Assembly: GCA_051294375.1 (NCBI GenBank)
Contig: CM119266.1
Location: 16,796,087 to 16,860,086 of the forward strand
Origin: Paraspadella gotoi
Lineage: Eukaryota > Animalia > Chaetognatha
Direction of reading: 5' to 3'
DNA length: 64,000 nucleotides
Shown: piece by piece, positions 1 through 9,937 of the stretch
Position numbering within the stretch: position 1 is the stretch's first letter
Layout of the letters: each line of letters starts with the position of its first letter
Program-made: the position numbers and the translations under genes
The notes under the pieces: generated by a model
Databases searched by the model: none
What the model was told of the DNA's origin: nothing
What the model saw: only the letters and a program-made list of their open reading frames with translations

Positions 1-1575
1 CGAAACCTTTTTTGTTTCTAGGAACTGTTTCAGAACTAATGAATTCTTTAGTTCCAGCAATTTTGTCATCGGTTATTTTTGGGTCTTCAGACAATTGCTT
101 ATGGCCATCAGACTTGTTGCCTTGATTCCAGCCAGGCACCATTTTTCCTCCCGGGGTCCTAGCTTGATAGTCTGTTGGATTTTGGGCGGAAAATAAATGA
201 AAGTTGCTCTATTTATTTTGTTTTATTTATCTATTTTAACGAGTGCGCCATCTAATTTTTTATCGACATCGGCGTGACACTTGTTGGCTAAAGCAGAAAA
301 GCAGCCCGTATAGCAAAAAGGAATCGTTTCTACTGCAACCGTCTAAACGTTTCTTCATCTTAGTTTTGTAATTACAAAGATAAAGATCTTTTAAAAATAA
401 ATCACTACTCATTAACAAGAACTATGAAAAACTGACCTCTCTGCTCAATGCTTTCCCTGTTCGAGCTCAATCTGCGAGTCCCGATTGCGGTAGAGTCGTC
501 GTCGCCCAGAGTTTCAAACTCCTCCGAGGAGAAGGCTCTGCTTATATTGCGACTTCGTCGGTCCAATTCATAATTGTTTTGGGCCTTCGTCCCCGATTTT
601 ATCATCGTTTCGCCTCCTCGTCCGCTTTCTTCTTTTTTACCACTTCCGCCGCTGATTGCACTTACTCTTCCTCCTCCTCCTCCTCCTCCTCCTCCTCCAC
701 CGACAGCCTTCGATGTTCTGGCACGGACCTTCCCCCAGGCGCACCGCTTCGCCACCCTTCTGTGCGCGCCGGCGCTTAACGGAAGAAATCTCCCGAGTTC
801 GTCTCGTGGACGGGATTTCGCCAAGCGACTCAACCGCCTTCTTTTGGCCGCCATCAATTGCGCGGGGCTCGATTTACACCCTGACGGTTTCCTTGCGTTT
901 CGCCTCGTTGGTTTTCCCAGAATCGTCGAATTTTAAAAAGGTCAAGCGCAAGAAATGCAAACTGTGAATTTAACTGCCAGTTGTGAATAATACAAATAAG
1001 TTGTCAAATATCATCGAGTTATGATAGAAGGTGTAACTACTACCAATTATGTTTTTTTTTATTAAAAGACGAATATTTTTTACTGCTTGGCCTATTTAAA
1101 ATCCCTCTCTCACCCTTAGCCTCATCAGAATCGCACTCCGAGGAAGTTTCCTCTGAACTCTCGTCTGACGATTCTGACGACGATTCGGACGACGAATCAC
1201 CGCAGTCATTTCTTTTCATTGAGCACCTCCTTCGGGCACAGAGGGCGCGCGTGCGATTGGCGCCCTCGCCGTGCCGTCGTGCACATCTCGGCGATTCGCC
1301 CGGGTCGCGCCCAGCGCCCGCGCATTTTAAGCGCGACGACAGGGTACTCTGTGAGGTCCGATAGTTGGAAAATGGAAAGTTATTTTTTAAACTTCCCTCC
1401 TAAGTTAAAATGAGAGAAGTAAAAAAATAACATTAAATAAATTTAAGCTTCCTATATTATTATAAAAATATCTTTACTTTTCTCTTTTATAAATTTGTTT
1501 ATTATTTTAGCTATAACTTTTTAAAAATTTTTTTATTAAACTCACCAGACCCCTTTTTATCGTGTGATGCATCAT
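1..1575 (-). CDS. Multi-exon gene for a basic Arg/Ser/Gly-rich protein with an acidic Ser tract; 3' end runs off the window
   Basis: Candidate exons: 1575-1546 (MMHHTIKRGL, donor GTGAGT); 1348-1114 (STLSSRLKCAG...CARRRCSMKRNDCGDSSSESSSESSDESSEETSSECDSDEAK, CAG/GTGAGA); ~880-437 (MAAKRRRLSRLAKSRPRDELGRFLP...polyGly..., donor GTCAGT); an open frame at ~158-1. The first junction is phase-compatible; later junctions are uncertain. Confidence 0.5.
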
Positions 1576-2170
1576 CGTCGCCAATCCATCGTCGATTTTC
1601 CTCACATGTCCATTGATTGGGTAAAGTGGCAAGAAAAGTTAAGGAAGGTCTTGAAACGTCAAGAGGATAAACAACTTGAAAACTAATAACAGTAAAGTAC
1701 TATTCAAGTAAATTATTTATTTACCGAATTTTACTACTAAATATTATTAAAACTAGAACTAACACTTTACCCAATCCTGGATCGGAATGTCCCAAAAAGT
1801 AAAAGATTCTAAGCACTGAAGTCTAAACTTAAATCTAGCTCTAAAGGCTCATTTTAACGTTCCTCAAGTGGCTAATTAAATCAATAATTTATTTCTCTCG
1901 TTTTTACTTCTTAAAGAAAATCAATAAACATGGAGTAAAAATTTTCGAGAACCAAAAGTCTACTATGCCGGTAAAGTTTAAAATTAATCACTTTGACCTT
2001 TCTTTCTGTCACAGACTAGTCTACACACGATTTCGAATTTTAAAGCAAAACTTTCAATTCAATGAAGTTCCTGTGTCACTGGAAATCAATCCACAGCTAT
2101 ATCACAAACAAAGCAAACAAAGAAAAAGATTCGAGTTTCAAAAAAACTTTAAAAACGTCTTTAATGATAG

Positions 2171-3236
2171 TTATAGATCGCTTTCGCCCAGGGTGCTCTC
2201 GCCAAACATATCGAAAGCGAAAGCTTCGTCATCGGTTCGCAGCGCCTCGTCTTCCGAAATATCCTGGAAGGTCTTCGCCAGCCCACCCCGGTCTTTAACG
2301 TCGTGATGGACAGACCGTTCTGATGGTTGGGCCTCGTTATCGTTCTCGTCGTTGCTTACGGTTTTAGGTGGCAAGACGGACTCTTCGCCGTCATTGGCTA
2401 AATTGCCACCTTTCGACTTACGCGGAGCTTTGCTTGTCGCTCGAGTTTTGGTTTTCTTTTTTCGCTTCGATGGAGTCCGCTTTTGTCCTGTGAGTAAAAC
2501 ATCAAATGAGACGTCAATATTTTAAGTGCAGTAAGTGTGGTTAAAAAATATTCACTCCAACTAGAATCGAAATGTAATATTTTTCAGTCCTACCTCTTTC
2601 GCCCCTGGCGGATGTGCGTCTTCCTCGTCCCTCGTATTCAGACTCCGATGATGAGTCCGAGGCGCAAGGAGTGCGAGTTCGAACATGTCGCTCCCTACAA
2701 CGGCTTTTCGCGTAACCGTAATCGATTTCTCGACAACGCTCGGCGCAAGTGCACCGATGATCGTCTTTATAGAACCTGAAACTTGGGTTCCTACTTCTGC
2801 ACTTCGTCTCACTGCCTTTTGACCAAGATATTCGACTTCTCTTCTTGCAACCTCGCTCACGGGGATTAAAGGCGCCACTTCGATTCCTTTCTCCAACATT
2901 ATGTTTGCTGCAATCAGACCGGGAAGTGGAACTGTAATTTCTTTCTCTGCAATCAGGCTCATTGCGGGCAGATGAAGAGCGTTGGTTTCTTTTTCTGCCA
3001 CGTCGATCAGGTCTTTTCCTGCAACCAGGCTCGTTAACGCTGGACGAGGAGCTTTTATTATTTTTCTGTTGACGAGTTAGCGAGGCGCCGGGGCTTCGAC
3101 TTCGGCACGGAGAGGGCCTGCTCCTTGAGCGACATCTCGAACGGCTCCGGAGAGAGCGAGATCTTGGCCTCGTTTGATGGCTGCATGGAGGCGGCGATTT
3201 AGACCTAGACGCCTGTCTTGATCGTTGACCCGATGT
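2171..3236 (-). CDS. Arg/Ser/Cys-rich basic protein (RS-like or protamine-like) with an acidic C-terminus; last two exons, start exon near 3300
   Basis: Exon 3236-2594 is open in a frame the ORF track does not list: TSGQRSRQASRSKSPPPCSHQTRPRSRSLRSRSRCRSRSRPSPCRSRSP...CASDSSSESEYEGRGRRTSARGER. A GTAGGA...CACAG intron joins it in phase 1 to exon 2487-2171 (GQKRTPSKRKKKTKTRATSKAPRKSK...ESTLGESDL*). Confidence 0.7.
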
Positions 3237-4423
3237 CTAACAACGGTAATAGAGAAAATTAATAGATGTATAAAAGTTCGCGTGGGACTAGTATTTACAT
3301 TCGACATCGTCGGTAGACATTCTTCACACAGAATAAGAGATAAGAATTAAAAAAGAAATAAAAAATCATAAACAGTAAGCGCTCGTTCGTCGAGGTTTTA
3401 ATACTGTTCATTTCTAACAAATGCAGTTTTTAAATATTGTTAAATATTGCGAAGAAAACCATGATGAACTCAGTGATTTATGGACCGTCAATCTTCCACC
3501 GAACTATCAGAACCGGGCCTGGCACTTGACCCCCGCGTCCTTCAATTCCAAATCCAATCGACGACTAATCCTATCAAATTCCAACAAAACCTCTTCGTGA
3601 TTTCGCGGTAAATGCGATGACGCAAAGACTTGCCTTTTTTAATCCTAAAATAACCGCTGCATCGACACAAAAAAAAAAGAAGAAAATTTACTATAACGAC
3701 CTGGAATAAATACAAAAAGCATCTATTTAGCCATTTTAAAACATTAATATTTATTAGAACAATATCTGTCTAGTATTAAAACAAAGAGACCGAATGTTTG
3801 TTTTCCTAATCTATTCCTTGATTTTTTTTAAAAAACTGGATTCGGTTCCGCATTCAATCATTCGATTTTCAAGCAGTTTTTGTTATACGAAAAGCGGCCG
3901 AGAGAATATATACGAAAAAGAAGGAATAATTTTCACTGTGTAATTATATTAATGATCTCAAAACTAAGTATTAAACTTTGTTTGGACTCGAAACTTCAAG
4001 CATTTATCTATTCCTCAAATCAGATAATCATTTTGTCTTGTTTTTTTCGCCTTATCTTCATTTGCACTCTTTCAAAAAAATTAAGTTGATCATTCACCAA
4101 CCAAAAGTAAAACGAGCTGACCCGATTAAAAAAGAACCGGCTTAAAAGAAACTACCAACCTTTCTCGTATTTCCAAGGAAGGCTAGGATATAATAATATC
4201 TGTACATCCTCCTTTCATTTCCAAACTTACCTGGCTGCAAATTACCCTACTTTCATCGGTTAACGTCTAATGCGCCGCGGAGTTTATTACCCTCCTGGAG
4301 AATTACTCTCTTTCGTTATTTTACTCTCTCGTTCTTTATTTTTCTCTTTCTTGCTTTCTCTCTCTCCCTCTCTCTCTCTCTGTCACACTCCAAGCTTACC
4401 TTTGAAAGTCTTCCTCTGCTACG

Positions 4424-5743
4424 ATGAGTCGGCGACCTCGCCGCAGAGAGGACAAGACGACCTCCCAAGACTCCGTCGAGTTGGTAAGTCAAGAGTTAAG
4501 ACAAAAGTCCGAACATCTTCTCAAAGCGGATTCGAAAAAAACTCTGCCAATCGATAATTTTTTGAAGCGGACGACAACGTTCTTGATTGCGCTTTGAGTC
4601 AAAATATATAAGTATACATTTAAAAATTATAATTACATTTATAACGATCGTTTTAAAATGAAAAGAAAACACATAGATATAGACTATACATAGTTAATAA
4701 ATTTTAAAAGTAAATAAAAAATATCAGAGTATAAATTTACAAGGTTCATGGATGTTTTCTCTAAATTTCTGTATTTTTCGACGAATATCACACAAACTCG
4801 CCAAAAAAAAACAAAAAACAAAAAACAAAAACAACGTTCCTGTTCAGTTGTTCAATATAAATATTTTTTAACAGACGGCTATGCATTCCAAAGACGCGAT
4901 TTACGAAAACAACAACCCCAACCAAGACGACCGTGTCTCCATCGACGAGTATGAGGACCACGTCAATGAACCCACCTACATCAACGTGAACACTTTAAAA
5001 GGCCGACCGACGAAACGCCGCAGCCACGGATCATCCAGCGGACGGTTTTGATTGGTCGCCAAAGAATCATTCAAGATTCGAAGAGTCGGACTGGCCGGAC
5101 GAGACGCCGCCGCCAACGCCCTCTAACACTAACGTCTATCTCACGACGCTGCCAAAGAACGTACGTCGAGACGGCCGCAGCGGCGGCGAAAGCAGCGGCG
5201 GAGCGACGCCGGAAAAACTCGGAGTCGCTGATGATTCTATAGAACTTGAAAAAGAATTGCTTAAACGCCGGTTTCGTGTTAGACGAATCTAGAGTGAGTT
5301 TTGTTTTGGATTTATTTTTTTGAGATTGCGATTTAAACATAACTAAAGCTACATTTTTATATGCAAATTATCTTCTTTACAAGCTCCAACACACCCTCGC
5401 CAGCGCCAGCTCTCCCATTCTTCCTCTTCCGCCCAAGCCCCGACGATGGAACCGTCGCCTCCTTCTCATCCTCATCCTCCTCGCGTTTTTGATTCCCACG
5501 ATTCTCGCGGCGACGGCGCTCAACATCGCGTTGACGACGTCATCGGAATCTAAGGACACGGGTCCATGTCGCTCGGGGGCGTTGAGACTCAGACGCAACG
5601 TGACGCTGTCCACGGCGTCCACGGTGACGACGACGTCTTCAACGTCGACGAATGGAACTTCGATGGAACCGACGACCGAAGTCAACACCTCCGCTTCGTC
5701 GATCTTCGGAGGCGACGATTCCTTTCCGACGAAAGAACTTTGA
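4424..5743 (+). CDS. Small type II single-pass membrane protein: Tyr/Pro-motif cytoplasmic N-terminus, short glycosylated ectodomain
   Basis: Exons 4424-4483 (MSRRPRRREDKTTSQDSVEL, donor GTAAGT), 4875-5293 and 5384-5743 join in phase 0 if two extra A's in homopolymers (~5000 and ~5264) are treated as errors. The protein has YEN, YED and YIN motifs, LPLPPKP, the TM segment LLLILILLAFLIPTILAATALNIAL, then RLRR and NVT/NGT/NTS sequons. Confidence 0.65.
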
Positions 5744-6101
5744 TCGGGTTGAAGCCTCGATTCGAAAAGACGCCCAACTTTTGCGCTTGTCCCTGTTCGA
5801 CGGAATAGAAAAATCATGTCACGTGATCGAGGATCTCGTGAACGCCGCTTGTCAACTCGGCCCCGTTGAATTTGGCGTCGTGAAAGCGACGGAGACGCAA
5901 ATCGTGGTGACGACGCCGCCCTTGGCAGGTCGACTATTATCGCCTGGACAATTTGTTCCTTTTCGTAAAAATATACATGTGAAGAGACAGTGATAATTGT
6001 TATGTGTTTGTGACAGAACCGTTCAATGTAAGGTGAGCTTCGGATCAGGCTGTAACACCGTGTTACAGGCGGGTTAAGCGCCCCGTCCCTCTTAACTGCT
6101 A

Positions 6102-6174
6102 GACGGCCACCGGGCTAGAACCCCGGACCTTTGGGTTGGGAGGCGAATGACTTGCCTCCGGCACCAATGGCCGC
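6102..6174 (-). ncRNA. Second copy of the tRNA-like sequence, in the 3' LTR
   Basis: Same sequence with a few changes. The T-arm CCGGG/CCCGG pairs perfectly in this copy. Confidence 0.6.
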
Positions 6175-6521
6175 TGATGAACGGTTGGTGGATTTTAGTC
6201 CTCCATACATCCCCCCCTTCCGTAGGGAGAAGTCTGTTGCGTCTCTTCAGTGAATTGTTGTTGTTGGTGGAAATGCGTCACCAAGTTGAGGCATGTCGCC
6301 TGATATGTTGTGGGCGGAAAGTGCATCGCCAGGTTGAGGCATGTCGCCTGAAAGTGTTGTTGTTGCTGTTGTGTTCGGAAGTCGGGCTCACCAATGAAGA
6401 GACAGTGATAATTTTTATGTGTTAGTGACAGAACCGTTCAATGTAAGCAATTCCTGAGCTTCGGATCAGGCTGTAACACCGTGTTACAGGCGGGTTAAGC
6501 GCCTGTCCCTCTTAACTGCAA

Positions 6522-6593
6522 GGCGGCCACCGGGCTAGAACCTCGGACCTTCGGGTTGGGAGGCGAATGACTTGCCTCCGCACCAATGGCCGC
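6522..6593 (-). ncRNA. tRNA-Gly(CCC)-like sequence in the 5' LTR (tRNA-derived, probably not a functional tRNA)
   Basis: GCGGCCATTGGTGCGGAGGCAAGTCATTCGCCTCCCAACCCGAAGGTCCGAGGTTCTAGCCCGGTGGCCGCC is 72 nt, with a perfect 7-bp acceptor stem GCGGCCA/TGGCCGC, an A-box-like TGGTGCGGAGG, a loop CTCCCAA and a B-box-like GGTTCTAGCCC. Confidence 0.65.
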
Positions 6594-7264
6594 TGATGAA
6601 CGGTTGGTGGATTTTAGTCCACCATACATGCATATTAATTGAAAAAAAAGTCTAACAAAGTTTAACTTAATGCTACATAAAAACGAAGGGTTCGTTCAAT
6701 GGAGAAGAATCATAGCTCTCGTTATTGTGTAGTGATAAACTAGTGATAAACTACCCTTCTGTTTTTTTTAATTTTTTTTTATTTTAGTGTTAGGTAGCGT
6801 TAAGGTAAAACCTTTCTTCTTGACACTTAATGCTTGAATGAGAGAGGGCAGCGTTCTGTGAAAATAGGGCTGAAAATGGTCATCTAATCCGTTTATGAGG
6901 GGAAATGCGCCAATTACGTAATTCGTATATCGTATTCAGTACTATATTTACAAGATCCGATCAAGTTTTTTTTTTTCTCGTTGATGGTTGTTCATTGATT
7001 GTTATTATTATATACATTGGGATAATAATTAAAGTGTTTTATAAAAATAACTTTTTTTTTTCTTCAAACCAAAATCGATCACCTCCTTCATAAATTTTCA
7101 ATTGATTGTCTTTAAAAATATTTTACTGAAATTTCATTGATAGATCGAATTGCAATACATGCACAAAGTTTTTTGTATTGGATTTGAGTGCTAAACTAAA
7201 GCATTTTTACATTCTTTTAAATAAAATCGATTCATAATACAACTTTCTATTCTTCAAAAAAATT

Positions 7265-9887
7265 TACAAAAGATTATATTGAGTGTCAGGCGAAATAACT
7301 CTATCACTTTATCAGTCTTTAATTTATTGATGAGAATACCACAAACGTTAAGTCAGCAATTTTGATTGATAAATATAAATTTACACTGGCTGGCACAATT
7401 TAATCTTTAATTCGAAATACAGTTTTTGTGGGTATAAGACAGTGTCATTTGTCTGAAGACAAATGTTGACGCTAAAGCGACATCTACTAATACATTGCTG
7501 TAACTTTTTTAAAAGAAAAAAGAACAGCGGAAAATGAGCCAAAACTTAAGCAATAAGCATTGCAATTAAACAAAAGCATTGAAATTCAGTTAGTTTCTCT
7601 GAATTTTGGGTTGATAAGTCTTTATTATTAATTATGACTAATGGACTTTTATCCAATTAGCCTGTTTGCATCGACTGCCGATGATAATCAAGGATTGCCT
7701 TATCTCATTTACCACCTTTTTCTTCCCCTAAATTATCCTTCATCCTATTTAAACTCCGCCCTGTCCTCGATCTCCCCAGCCTCATATCCTGAACACATTA
7801 ACTCTTTTCCAACCGGTGATTGGATCCTCCTTTCTTCTTTTCGACCAAATCTGTTTTCTCTCAAACAAAAGGTACGTCTGACCCGGCCAGACTTTCTATT
7901 CTATTCCGCGACTAATGAGAGCGACCCGAAAATTACTCTACCAATACAGTCAATTTATCTATTTGAAAATATTTTTTTTTTACTATTTGTCAATAGTAAT
8001 ACGATATTTACATTTGTAGCAAAATTGCCATTTTTTAATAGATCTAGTTTTAAGAAAATATTATCCACACTACTCACAATAAAATTCAATTTTAAATCTT
8101 TTAGCAATAAAATCCTTCACAGTTAACATAAGAAAAATAGGTTAATTTTGTTTAGATTTTGCGCGTGCCGAGGAAAAGAAGAAAAATCTATTTCCCTTTT
8201 TTTTTATTTCCGGAAATCATTGACGGGATTAATGGATTAATGGATCTCGTCTTGTCAGCGGCGAAAAGGACAACTAGTCGCCGACGATTTCTCCACTCTT
8301 TCGTTCTGCTTAAGTTAAAGCAATCAAACATCGGTAAAATAGATTTGAAACGATGGGCTCGATGCGCCGAGGGCTAAGGGAGCAGAAGCGGTAAAAAGAT
8401 AAAAAAAAGATCAAGGCGGAGTTTTTTAATTAGCAATTCGACGAACAAAACTTTTTCTGCTTCTACCGGAACCTTGCCGATAGGATCAATCTCTTAACTA
8501 CAAAAAGAATGTGATTGAATTATTAAGATCGACTTAGCTATTCGGGTATTCTAATGAATAAGAAGGGGAAACGTCATTTAAAAAATCTTATAAAGTGTTG
8601 TAAATCGCTTCGGCGATTTACTTTACCCTTGAATTTCGGTATTTTTTTTCTTTTTTTTTTTCGTTCGTCATTTTTTTTCTTTCGTACTCTTCTCTCCTAC
8701 TAGAGGTTTTCTTTTATTTTTTATAAATAGCATTTTGGTTCAGATTCCTATTGATTTTTATAGAGATTTGCTCTTTTGTCTGCACCCATCTATTCTCACT
8801 TGTATTGCTTTATACAAAATAGTATATTTGCATATTTTAACCTTAGTTTTCCAGAGGGCACCATAAACAATAAAAAATTGTTAGGACAAAAGAATCTCTT
8901 CTCCAGAGGTCCTTTTTTTTTAGTGAAACAAAATAATAATTCAAATTAATTTTTTTTTATATTTTAAGCTTTATTTACTAAAGAGGCTCCCCAAAACAAA
9001 AGAGCATTCAATAAGATAAGATAGCACTTTTGATTAAGTTTTAAAAATTACTATAGCAGATATCTTATTCTTTTTTAAGAAACAAAGAAAACATACATAA
9101 TAAATTTTGATCTGCATCTACTCGATCTTCTTTTGCACCTGCTTTTATACAAAATAGCAAATACAATGATGCAAGTTAAAAAAAATATACAGATTAAAAA
9201 AAATAATACAAAGGTTAAAAAAATAATGAAAGCTAAAAAATAATGCGAGTTGAAAAAATGATGCAAGTTGAAAAGAATGATTTTAGTTGAAAAATGATGC
9301 AAGTTGAAAAGAATAATGCAAGTTAAAAAATGATGCAAGTTAAAAAATGATGCAAGTTAAAGAGAATGGTACAAATTAAAAAAAAATAATATAAAAATTA
9401 AAAAAAAGATATTATTAATGACGCAGTATCAGTTCAGTTTAAGCCCTTGAAAGCGATTTACATGTATGGCGTAGCCACTGGTTATTCTAGTTTTTTTGTT
9501 TTTAAATCTATTCTCCCGTTTGAAAGCAAATTAGGAATTCCAGGATCTTAATTAACTTAATGGAGTAAAGGTAAAAAATTTTCATTGAGAGAAGAGTGAA
9601 ATATTTAATTTGTCAAATTCCTCATCTTTTCATTCCTCCTGTTCCATATTCCCACCCCCTCGCCACCCCCTCGCCAACCCCTCCCTCCCTATGAACCAGA
9701 CCAGTCGTCTCGTCCTGCTAGTAGGCCGCCTCGTTCCCAGATGAATATTTCATTTAGTTTCCTCTCGTTTTGACATGGCTACTGAATGCACTTCTGCCTT
9801 CCCTCTTTCTCATAAGCCCAAAACTTTCAGACTTACCTTACCTTTCCCTTTCGACCTCTCTCTCCCTCTTCTCATCTCTCTCTCTCG

Positions 9888-9937
<50 letters not shown>

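Larger units (their letters stand above)
5980..6628 (-). mobile_element. Non-autonomous miniature LTR retrotransposon (TRIM) with a tRNA-like sequence in each LTR
   Basis: Two ~230-bp direct repeats (6395-6628 and 5980-6209, about ten differences) read TGTATGG...CTCTTCA on the - strand. A PBS-like TGGTGAGCCCGAC starts 1 nt after the 5' LTR and a polypurine tract GGAAGGGGGGGA abuts the 3' LTR. The 185-bp interior is non-coding. No clean TSD. Confidence 0.85.

Noticed and set aside
2561-3001. 146-aa ORF MAEKETNALHL...
   Set aside because: It is a shadow frame of the longer RS-rich exon, whose frame fits the splice junction.
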